From NCBI GenBank assembly GCA_002633005.1, contig NMRA01000175.1, positions 661,597-725,596 on the forward strand: a stretch of 64,000 nucleotides of DNA, given 5' to 3'. Below the pieces are notes generated by a model. That model made no database searches. It was given only the letters and a program-made list of their open reading frames with translations, and was not told the DNA's origin. This DNA is from Phoronis australis. Its lineage: Eukaryota; Animalia; Phoronida. Within the stretch, counting starts at the first letter, position 1. Every line of letters begins with the position of its first letter. Position numbers and translations under genes: made by a program. Shown here one piece after another: positions 21,994 to 33,900 of this stretch.

Positions 21994-23476
21994 ATGGCAG
22001 CCTCCAGTCTGACGAGAATGCGAGTTTTTGGGCTCGCTAAAAGATTCTTTTGTTCTGTAAAGAATGATGTTGAAGTTGTTAAAGAAACTCGCAAACAAAG
22101 GTTTGGTATGTGTCTACAGAAAAAAAAAAAACACTGGTGATGCTTGTTTGTTGTTTTTCTGTTGATCCTCTAACCTACGATACTGGCTGGACTGGTCGCA
22201 GTGAGTAAAGACTGTACGGGTAATCTCATAGGCCCTCCATACGCGGAACCTTGTCGGCAAATTATGCCTCACACTGATTAAACGATAGAAATCATGTTGC
22301 TATAAGTACTTTTTGCATTTAGAGGGACTCCTTAATAGGCCGTTGATGTCTTTAATTCCTTCCAACTCAAAGAAATTCGGTAATCAAACTTTTTCTCGAA
22401 CAGTCCTTCATTCGCCACTGGTCGGATATAGCAATCCCTAATTTTGAGAACCAGGCAATCACAGAATAATGTGCGTATTATTCAGGGGTTAAAACTGTTT
22501 CTCTAAATCAGTGACACTACATCTGACTAGTGCCCCTTCGTCCAGTTGTCAAAATCGGCAATTGGCCATTTTTTACATTGATCGCGTCAAAGTGTATGAC
22601 ATCCTGTCAATATTACTGCACCAGTTTAAAAAAGTACAGAAGAAATGCAATATTGTGCTGTTTGTATGGGGATATTTAGGTGCACATACTTGTATGAGAA
22701 GTTCAGTCATAATAGTCATATGCGCCTATATGCAAATCACTTGAACAAAACAAATTTGGAGAAAAATGCAATTATTTCAGATAGAGGCGCATGGGCCAAT
22801 ACACATGTGATGTGCACAGGTGTTGTGGACTTTAAGTCTTCAGTTCTCAGAATAATGTCAAGATATATGTTTTCTTCTTCATTGTGATGTTATGTCTAAA
22901 CAGTCACTTTATCTTAATCTAAAGTATAACATTACTTTCGTTTAAACTGTGGTGTACTTAACATGAATGTATACTATTTTTACAGTCAATTACTTGGGCC
23001 GAATTTATGAAGACTATAAAGATGTAGCTCTTGACATCGCCAAAGACATGAAGAGTCGGCCTTTCCGTGCAGCTGTTTACGTTTCATCCCTTAGTATCTT
23101 AGCAGTGTTTGCCAAAACAAACCCAGATGAACAAAGCTTTAGAGCGCAACTCCTTGAAAACACCAATGACTTATTACAACTTGGTGACTTGATTAGAAAT
23201 CCCAATGCAGATACCCACATGCAAAATTTGGTGAAGGCATACAATGATGGAACTATACGACGTCTGAACTTGTTCGTTTGTTCCGTGATGTGGTGTTCGG
23301 ATTATGACAGAGCTGTGGATTTGTATGAAGCCCGATGCTCTCACATTAAACCACGCTGGCTTTCTTATCCAGAAAGGATTGTAGACATTGGATTTCTTGG
23401 AAAATGGAGGACTCTGGATGAAAAAATGATAGATTTTGATATCAACCCAGATGAGTGGAAAGACACAAAATTATGA
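21994..23476 (+). CDS. TIMM29: Mitochondrial import inner membrane translocase subunit Tim29 (200 aa)
   Basis: Exon 1 21994-22105 encodes an Arg/Ser/Ala-rich presequence-like N-terminus (MAASSLTRMRVFGLAKRFFCS...). Exon 2 22986-23476; phase-1 join. Motifs DY..V..D...RP.RAAVY, RRLNLFVCSVMW..DYD..VDLYEARC..KPRW..YPERIVDIGFLGKW..L...M.DFDINPDEW match TIMM29/C19orf52. Confidence 0.93.
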
Positions 23477-24989
23477 TGAATTCAGACTAATGCACTTTAA
23501 ATTGCACTGAAGCGGTATTGTGCATGCTTTCAGGACCTTTTAAATCTGCAACGTCTTCTCAGAGGTTACGCCAAAAAGTGCTAGGTACATAGGCAATTTT
23601 GGTTGATCATAATTTATCATGAACGAGTTTTGTATGAATTGGTAAGCATTTCTATAAATTCCATGTGAAAGGCATGAACTGCTACATGGTTGATAAATCA
23701 TATTTGGTTGATGTAATTTATACGATTTCTTATCACGGAGCAATGGTAAATGGTTAAAAAGATTCCCATGAATGTTACTGTGAATGATGATCAGAATGAT
23801 ATCAGACTGACAGTCATTTATTATCATTCTGATATGAATTCATACCAACCAAAATGCGAGTGTATCACCTTTACCCTGGATACACTAACAATTGCGGAGA
23901 ACTGAAAGTGTTAATGAAATAACATGTCTAATTCTTGTTCGTGTGTTATTTTTTTCAATTTATGAGTGATCATGGGAGTTTTCAGATGAGTTGAGTGATA
24001 GTGATGTCTTTGACGCGATAAAATATCTCCATTTTCTGAAAATTGAACTTCTAAATGTTAATGTCCATCACGTGTGATATTTTGCCCACACAGTTGATAG
24101 CTTAAAGCTACATCTCTCTGTTTAGCTTGCGAAATAACGGAAATCGAATCAAGCCTTTTATTCATAATATTCCTTACTGTTATAGGATTCTGTCTCCAAT
24201 AAGAACATAGAGTCCATCAGCCACTTAAGAAAATGCGAGTTTGTTAGGGTTGTGCAACCCAGAATTTGTTCATTCAAAGAATTGTGTGTGTACACACGGA
24301 CCATGAATTGAGCTGCCGGCTCATTTGACAGTAATTCAGTATCTGTTGAGTGTAGTAATATTTTTAACCCCTTAACGCTTTTGTTGAGAATTTGTTGTTC
24401 ACAGCTAAACAGTGGCAAAATGCTCCTTTAAATGATATTGAATATAGGTATGTACAGCAACTTAAGCAATATTAAGATCCAACCCCCATACTATACCATC
24501 CATTGGTACGAATCCCTTGAAACATTTTGCCAGAACCAAGATTTTTTAATGCAATTTTATTCAGTTTACAAACTTTAGTGCATTTCCTTGGCACCAACTG
24601 AACTCGGTATCCCATGGCAACAGTTGAACTGGTTCCTTTCGTAGCAATGTCTTTGAACTACTGTCTTGTCTTAGTAGTTGTATGGAAATGTGGAAAATGT
24701 AAAGGTAGAATCAAATATTAACAATTGACCCAGTATGCTTTTTCAGAAATTGGTTGGTGCCGATATGGAAACCACAAAGAACAGATTTGTCTTACAAAAA
24801 CTGGAAAATTTTAATATTAGAAACTGGTTATTAAAAGTGAGCACAAGGGTAGTCACGGAACTCCAGAATAGTTCGATTATGGGATTTCTCCCCAAGTCTA
24901 CGTCCGTTGTACTCTCAATAGAAATAAGTACCGAATTTCCCGAGAATCCATCAAGGAAGTTTGTAGACATTGCACCGCGGGCAAAAAAT

Positions 24990-25690
24990 TAATCGCAACC
25001 AGGGGGCACCACAGCACGTGGACCCGTCTGAAAATCAGTCGCCGTGCTTTTCTCAGTAGGGAACATGTATGCCAATTTTCATGATTTTTAGGGTGGTCTG
25101 GATAATGGGGAGGTAGATCCCAACAGCCAGACTGGAAAGCAATAAAATAGCCACTGGATGGTGTACAATATGTTGAATCCACACGAAAATGGGAAGATGT
25201 CATCATCTTCTTCATAAAAACCCATTTCTTTAATGGAAATCGGTCCCCGAAATCCAAAAATACAGAGAAAACGTAAAAAATAAAACTGCTCCTTAGAGAC
25301 ACAATAGCAAGTCGTCGTGCCTGCCAAACTCAAAGATCCTGCAAACGGCTTTAAAAGATGCAGCCATTGACGCAAAAATATCACTAGGGGTGCCACAACA
25401 GTTGAAGCTGTCAGATAATTAATGTCTGCCCCATTCTTCTCAGTTGGAACACATCTGCCAAATTTCCATCGAGAAGCACCAAAGCTAGAGGATAAGGCAA
25501 AAAATGTCATTAGGGGTCATAGCAGCAGCCGTATCACTCGGAAAATTCACTCATGTGAACCTGTACACAGAATTCCACAAATGGTTTTGGAGACTGCAGC
25601 AGACACTGCAAGCCACGGACAGACGGACAGGAACAACTGCATATGTCCACATACAAATATGTGAGAAAAAAGGGACAATTATAACAATTC
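24990..25690 (+). mobile_element. Older, diverged Helentron/DINE-like element fragment related to the Tudor-intron elements
   Basis: Shares aaagatcctgcaaacggct...agatgcagccat, cactaggggtgccac, an acggacagacggacag microsatellite and a terminal hairpin remnant catatgtccacatacaaatatgtg. The 5' boundary is uncertain. Confidence 0.6.
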
Positions 25691-26209
25691 TTTTTTGTCT
25701 TAAATTTGTGAGGTTTCATCGTATGGTATCAGAAATTTCAAGCCCTTTAACACATTTTTCACTGATGTCACAGAAACTCTCACTACCCTTAGGTATCTTT
25801 ACAACCGTCACGGGACACCGGGTTCTTGATGAATGCATTGAAATGGAAATTTAATTAAAAAATTGCACAACCATTGATAACAATAAATGTTTAATCTACT
25901 GAAACAAACAATATAATGTACAGTGGCCACAAAGGCAAGTGACAAACAGTAAATACTTATCACGAGGGTCAACAAGTACAACAGAAGTGTCTTTAAGCAA
26001 ACTGTGATAGCAAGACTAGCAACTATAACGTCACAACTAATGAAATAACCAGAAATCGGATTATTGAAAAACTGTTACACACCTTTTATAAGAATTTAAC
26101 AAAGGACCTTAAAAAATCGCTTGACCAGGGGAATAGGAAATAATCAACAATCAAATTAAAGCGGGTTTTGGATACACAGTTACAATCGAAATAACAACCG
26201 ATTTTATAA

Positions 26210-26329
26210 TAGCACTAGAGGTGATACTATAATATGTAGCAGGAATTACGTACAGGCTACACGTCAACAAGCCATCTCTGAAGCTAATAACGTAAGGTTA
26301 TTTTGGATCCTTGAAAAATGTCCAAATTC
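26210..26329. repeat. Dispersed about 120-bp repeat; inverted copy at 56182-56304
   Basis: aagctaataacgtaaggttattttggatccttgaaaaatgtccaaattc is the exact reverse complement of the sequence starting at 56182; similarity continues with mismatches. Confidence 0.85.
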
Positions 26330-27164
26330 AACAAACTTCAGAACATCACATCTCAGAAATGGCTGATCAGCCTAACATGAAACTTTCAGATGGATTATGC
26401 TTTATGCAGTTTTCTAAATCACTTCCAGGAATTGTGTCAGGAAATGTTCCACTTTCACAAGTTAGAGTGGCTGTCAAAAACTAGGACTGATTTTAGGAAC
26501 AAATTACAAGTTGAAAGAAATGAGAATAAAATGACAATCAAGAAAACTTAATGCTTTGAGAATTCATCTTGAAAATTTTTGTTACAAAAATGTTATTCTT
26601 TTGATATGAACCTTTCTTTTTCGCTAAACTTTACCAAATAGACAAGGTCATGTGATCCTATTTTGTATAAATTAAAAAATCGTACTCTGTAGGTTTTCTG
26701 CTTTAAGAAAATGTACATTTTTTCACCATGTTTTCTCATTCAGCATTTCATCACATACACTGGGAAAAATATAATTCAATACAAGATTGCAAATTTCAAG
26801 ATTTCGGGTTTGAAACCATGCTATCCCCAGTCGCACGCAACACGTCAACATAACGAGACATTTATAGTGAGAATCCATGTGTGCAATTGAGTGAAAATGT
26901 ACTGATATCCGAAATCTATGAAAGCCTATTAGTCACTTACAAAGTACCGCACAACGAGAACCAGTTTCCTCCACTAAACAATAGACATCGAACTAGTTCT
27001 CAAAATGCGGGACCCCTTACATGACTATTGCCAGTCTGCATTGCTGATTATCAACTATTGTAGCTATATTTAGACAAAATAAGTTTCCACAATACAGTGG
27101 GAATACAAGAGTAATTAGCTGTTCGCTACTTAATAAAAATAATTAGCAATACTATTTCAGCTAA

Positions 27165-27722
27165 GAGCTGTTATAGTAAAAACGCTATGGGAGGGGGGGG
27201 CAGTTGAAATAAAAATTGTGTTGAATTCAGAACAAATAAAAATACCAGATAAGTTGTTCTTCTAAAAATAATATGTAGTGAGAATAACTTGTTTAATAGG
27301 TTCTTGGTTCATGAATTAGTCAGGGTGAGTATTATCACCCGCTTCACACAACAGAGTATGTACACTCCAAATCAAATTTCCATGCATTATCTGCACTGAA
27401 TTCACACAGCACTAGAATCCATTTTGCAACTTCAACTCAGAATGATCCCCAACGATTAGAACCACATCATACAACTGTCAACAAATTTACAGAAATAGCG
27501 TTTACGTACATCTGAAAGCTCATATTTTGGTTGGCAACACCAGTAGAATTCACAAAATAAAAAGTAATTTAAGGGTCCAAACATAATGTCAAAAAGTGCG
27601 AGTGGTTGAATTCTAAAGTAATTAAAAGCTTATGGTTGGTGGATTAGGAAACAAAAAACATTGGTTGTGGGGTTGAAAAATTGCCTTTCCCCCATCCCAT
27701 ACAAATTTTACCAGAACAGCCC
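27165..27722. mobile_element. Degenerate copy of the Harbinger-type MITE family, downstream of the Tudor stop (possibly in the 3' UTR)
   Basis: Left gagctgttatagtaaaaacgctatgggagggggggg and right cccatacaaattttaccagaacagccc resemble the TIRs of 29293-29861 in the opposite orientation. Confidence 0.55.
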
Positions 27723-27937
27723 GGCCTACGTTAAAAAGGCATAGATAATTATATTTCACAACAATAGTCAAAATGCAAATCAAACTTCTTCACAAGTCTC
27801 ACTTCTTATGCCTTACAACAAGCAATATATACTTCACATCACACATAACAAAACCATAACGCAATGTGACAAAGTACTTCCTTCATCCATCCTCAGTTGT
27901 CCCCAGACGACCTTGAATAGTGCATCTTAGCACTTTC

Positions 27938-30900
27938 TCAGGACTCCTCAGTTGCACCTGAAAGGAAATCACAAAAATGTTTTTACACAAAAATAAACTA
28001 GCAATACTGGGTTTGAATGAACTTTCAAGTGCCTCATATAACCTGACCCAGACAATGAACAACCCGTACCTCATTCTCCTCGTTTCTTTCTTACTTTATA
28101 ATTCAAGCTTTCTCTACTTCTCTCATCAGGTTCCGCTGAAACGTCCCGCCCATTAAGTCCCGCCAAAAGTCACCATTATCCCTTCCCACACAAACATTCC
28201 AAGTTCTTCCTTATTCAATCCATCAGGTCATGTTATCTCTCCCCACAAATCTACAAGTCAAATCAACCCTGTGCCAAGATCCACAATTGGAATTTGGTAT
28301 AAAAATCATGTGCCCAAGGTCTCACTATAAAGGCAAGAAACAGGCATTAACTGTGATCAAAGAATAATTTCAAAGTAAAAAAACAAATTATTTTTAATCA
28401 ATTACTACTTAAAGCCTATTTTGACCCTCAAGATGAACTCAAACAAATTAAAATTGGTTTTCTGGTAATAAAAATTGAAAAACAGGGATAGATTCAACAA
28501 TTTTATGCACCCAATGGGTGCGTGTGCACTGTAGTCATTAACCATTGTTAGAAATGCTTTCAAATTTGGACTTATCAAGACTTAAATGCATTCCCCTCGA
28601 GCCACTCTCACCTGTTAGTCTGGCCAGTTCTTCTTTAACTAAACCATCCTTCAAGCTCTCGCCAGTCTCCACAACAGTGAGGTCAACTGAGATGACCCCT
28701 GCACTATTAACATCTACCACCCGAGCCACCAACACCTGGTCATCAGCCAACAACTCCAGTTGCTCTGTTGCTCTTTCAGTCCAATCCACTTTAAACAAAG
28801 AACAATCATTAGACCATGAACAAATCTGGAAGTTGGTATCAGTAGAACAAACTTAAAGAATTTTAAAAATAAACAATATCTTCCCAAAAACTATTTTTCC
28901 TACAGGATTTAAGAAAATTAATTTAATAGAAATTACTCAATTTCGTTCCTTCTATTATTGAATCATATTCTTATCACAGAGGAAGTAAGGGACAGAAAGA
29001 TTGCCAGTGCATAACTCATAAGTCAGCACATGTCGGCCCTTCCATTTGATCAAGGTTATATGCCCATATTTGTGTCACTCGAATAAGTTATCATATTTCA
29101 TCACGGTCCCGAAAGAAACAAGTCAAGCGAGGCAGTGTTTACCAATTAAATGTACCAAATACAACATTAAGTAACAATGCACACCTAACCTAATCAGACA
29201 AAATACCATTTGCCAGTCATGGTGAGTCATTCTAGTCACACTGATGGTAAATTCTACGTGCACTCGGCCGTGATGATGCTAAATTCTGCTCAGGGCTGTT
29301 CCAGTAAAATCTGTATGGGAGGGGAGGGAAGGCACCTTTTTTTCGCACCCACCACCCATATTTTTCATTTATTTCTTCAACCTACCACCCGTAATTTTTT
29401 ATAAGTTTGAAATGCAACCACCCGTAATTTTTTTTGTTCTTGTGGTTGACTGCACAGGCGCTTGAGTTTATCTGTTCCTCCATCACCACTAACGTCATTC
29501 ATTACTAAGAAAACATATGTTTCTTATACATGATTATTAGCCATCGAGAAATTCGAGCACCTGTGGTTAACTGGTGTTATGGGCATGCCGATGAGGAGAT
29601 CGGAGGGAGTGAAAAAGTCGGAGCTTTTTGCAAGTTGCATTTTTGTTTCAGTTTTTGATTCTGTGTGGATTGTTTATAAAATTTACTAAAATTACCCACC
29701 ATCAAACATTTATGGCCCAATGAAACAACAACCTGTAAATTTTTATTTTTTTGAAGTACGACCACCAGCCATTTTGAATTTAAATCAAACGCAACCACCC
29801 ATAAATTTTTATTTCAGTTGCCTTCCCCCCCCCTCCCACACAGATTTTGCTGGAACAGCCCTCAGCTTTTACGATGAAGAATGCTGGGTAATTTTGTCCG
29901 ATTATTTTTGGCACGTACTACAAGTGCTACTCAAACCATGTCACCATGTACCTCCAGTCGGTTCAATACCAGCCAACGAAGCCTGCACAGCAAACACCAG
30001 CTCTTTGGTGAACTTGGGTTTGAGACTAGCTACGTTACTACACATGGTGGTCTCAGCATTCCCATAGTCCACATACTGCACTGTCAGGACATCGTCATAA
30101 CAACTCTGTACCTGGTGATAGAAAAGTTGTATATTGTGATGAGTAGACACTCACCTTTATATTCTGAAGATCATTGAAACCTACATACTATTTGATCAAT
30201 CAGTGCAACACATCTAAAAACATAATAAGTTTGGAAAAACTACTATGTTACACTTAAAATTACAACGCAATGATTGGCCTGCAATACTCTTTCCATTCAG
30301 AAAATGTCATGAACTCAATAAAGTTAATTCACAAAGTCATACTATTTTTGTTGCTACAATCAGCACTGCCGATTTTTACTACGTGACATCGGATGTACAT
30401 TATTTGCCATTATCGTCAACACCAGAAAAGAAACCTATTTATAATGAAAGAAATGCAGTGTCTGAGTGACATACGGCGCCAAAATCGAGGCATCGAAGGC
30501 CCTGGAAACCCAAAAATCGCAAAGAAACAGTGAGAATCAGGCCTGGTGAGAACACAGTCTTTTGTTAAGAAGACTAGCCACCCTGAAGATGAAACAGGGG
30601 AGAAGGAAAGTAATTATGAAACACAGAATATACTGACTTTGTATTCATTTCTCTTTCTATCCAACCATAGTCTTAAATTGCCCTACCTTAGCCCTGTACC
30701 AACGTAGATCTTCAGAGTACTGAACACAACAGACCACATCTTCCTTCAAACTGTCCACCGTCGACTTCCGACCACTGCTGTATGACTCTGAAATGATGAA
30801 AGGGATGTCATGAACATGTCGAGACAACAAGGGTGTGTCACTGGACATGATTTCAATACTGATGTCACTATCCTAGACTGTGAGGAAGACTGGTTCAAAA

Positions 30901-33900
30901 GGGGTGTAAAGGAAGCTCTCCATGGGCACATTGAGTCCCTCTTTAAATAGAAGAGGCGGTTCAAGATTCGATTTCTCACACGTATGAGATGGTGTTCTGA
31001 CGTCAGTGCCATGCCGTCTGGTCAAAACACCACCAATTGTCCAGAATAACAAGCCAGGCTGAAGTCCGCGACAAGCGGACGCAACATCACTAATTTTTGT
31101 AAGTTTTTTATTCCAGTATTAGACTCAAACTTTATCTATGTCTAGACAACATTAGTGAGACTCACAAAGTATCACGCTCAATTAAGAAATACGATCTGCA
31201 TTACGTTAATAGATGCAACCAAATCTTGCCCCCATACCTCAGTGACCATTTTCATCTACGTCTCACTGCTTTTCCTACGTTTCCCAAGTACCTGTGCCGA
31301 GTTGCATGAAGCAGTCCCAAATAGGGATTCAACTAAATTCCCTAAATCTTTTGCATATTCGAGTTCTTGTCCTTGCCAGGGCGTCCTTGCCAGGGCGTCC
31401 TTGCCAGGGCGTCCTTGCCAGGACGACCTTGCCAGGGCGTCCTTGCCAGGGTGGCCAGATTAGTGCTAGAGCGTCCATTTGGATGCCTACTCCATTTGGA
31501 CACCAAGGACATACGCTGCATAAAAGCCTGCCAGACAGGAACTCTACCATCCCTAGTCAAACCAGCCACACACAATGCTGGCCCTCTAATCCGACTGAAT
31601 GGGATGGCCCTTCCCTATATCCACTGACCACCACACCAAGCCAAACAAAACAGGTGACTCAATCTTCACTAGGTGGAGGAAGTAACAAAAGAGCCCATGA
31701 TTAATTACTGAGTAGACCAAATCCCATGCGACTTGTATGCGAGCATTTCGACAAAAGGGACAGTTGTTCTATTAGTGCCACCTAGTGGATTTCAAGTAAC
31801 AGTTCATCATTGAGCCTCGGTGAAAGCAACTACTGTATACCTTGCATAGTTTCCATGAAATCCTCCAACTTATCCGAATCCAGCTGAAGCCAGAACTGTG
31901 AAGGGGTGGCCACATGAGACAGGATAGCCTCAAATGTGTCATCAGGCTTGAACTCACGGTATATCAGTTCAGCTGGGATGGCCTCCTAAAAATCACACCA
32001 TATAAGGAGATAAACACACAAGTACTCAAGAAAGAAAACACATTCTTATAATATTGTAAATATCCAATGATGAAACTATACATTGGAAAGCACTGAAGTT
32101 TTTTACCTATTAAAAGATAGGTTTACGATATCCCTATCTGAAACTGGCAATTAAAGCCTAATCAATAAGACGAAAAACTAACAGTTGTTTTGCAGTATGT
32201 ATGAAAGCAGTTTTAACCAAGTAACAATTCCGTAAAACTGCAAAGACTAGGGATTGGAATGACCAATGACAAAAAAGAGAAAAATTTTCCAGGTGATGTA
32301 TTGTTCCACAGATATGGGCTTGTGTGATAGAAATATTTTGTGAATAGTAAAAATGAACTGAAATAAATGTTTTTGCACATTCAAATAAAGTCACAATAAT
32401 GATAAAACGGATGAAAACAGAGGAAACTGGAAATCAAAGAAGGGAAAATCGAAACCAAAAAAGAAGAAATCCTCTTAAAAGAGGATAATTCCAAGCCCCA
32501 AAAGACTATTGATTGCCATTTGAATTCGTAATTACCTCATTAAGGGGTGTGTCACAGGACAGGCCCGAATCAACATCAAGTGAAGTATCAGCAGGAGATT
32601 CCTGGCAGAGGTCACTGCTGTCTACGGTGATAGAGTCTGATTCAGACACAAGATCGGAATCAGCAGCGACAGCAAGCCCCTCCTTGATGAGAATGTCACG
32701 CAGACTGAACGGCTGGTTAGACGAATCTGTGGCACTGGATGAAAATACAAAATAATCATGAATTTTAACACGATTGAAATGGTGAAGAATTTCAACGTAG
32801 TTGTGAAAAAACAACACTCAGAGCAGAGATCTCTACATGGGAATACCTGGCATGTGCCTACTTGATTTTATGAAAACAAACTCACATATCTGTCATAACA
32901 TGAAGTAAATCATGACCTTTGCCCTCTCTACATGACCTTAGACAACCCTAACTGTAACGTACCTGTCTTTCACCTGGACATCCCCAATGACCTTGCCATC
33001 ATCATCGACCTTGGTGATGTCAACAACCAGCAGCTTGTCCTGACACACTCTCTCAATAATGGTGATGGTGTCTGAAAGGAATTATACATTTCGGTATGGT
33101 GACTACACAATCGACAACATCATTTATTTCATTGAAGCCTTCTGGAACAGCTTAGAGTAACAGAATGAATCAGTAATAGTTCCAGAGGACTGGATTAGCT
33201 CATTACTTGGCACCTGAATCAAGCAGAAGGTGAAAGTATGTACCGAGGTTTGCATTTAATATTTTCCTAATTTCACACATAATAAAAGCAATTATTTATC
33301 AATAACAATTGTGGTTTCATGTGATCATTAAATTTATTATTTCCAGCACTAAAAATTAGCATGTTACATGAAAAAAAGCAGCCGTTTTCATTTCGTCCTC
33401 CTTACCATCTAACCAGACAACTCCAGGTGGTTTTACATCAGAAAGACTACACTGCACCGCCTGAGCTGGTAATGCGCGGAACTCCACAGGCAGGGCCGAC
33501 AACTGGCCCTCAATGTCCACACACTCCTTGTCACCAAAATCGACAAAGTAGACCTCAGCCTTATCGGCAGTAACATCGACGATTTCAGCTCGGTACCAGG
33601 TGTCATCCTCCGTGTAAAGGGCGCTGCAGTACATACCTGGCTTCACATCGTTCTTGGTCAACCTGTGATCAGAGTCTAAAGAAAAATACCCTTCATTACT
33701 AGAAACACTGTCAATTGAATTTTAGAGTTCCTTCTTACTTAACAAGTACACTGTGAACTAAACCAGTCAAGGTGATTGGCTATTGTCATTATCAAGGATA
33801 AAATTTCTTAATAAGTAACTTTTTTTAATTGTAAACTCATTAAACGTAAAAATCCTTGATGATTACAGAATCTTTCTGTAAACAAAAGCAATGTCCAGAT

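Noticed and set aside
24735-25854. Cluster of 80-140 aa ORFs on both strands
   Set aside because: They overlap a decayed repeat element and show no recognisable domain or splice structure.
27883-28074. ORF ending ...GTTEDG as the Tudor C-terminus
   Set aside because: The preceding exon ends in phase 1, giving GATEES-stop at 27938. The listed frame would need a different donor.
31155-31704. Overlapping ORFs with repeated LARASLPGRPCQG peptides
   Set aside because: These are translations of a 14-bp minisatellite in an intron, with no coding signature.
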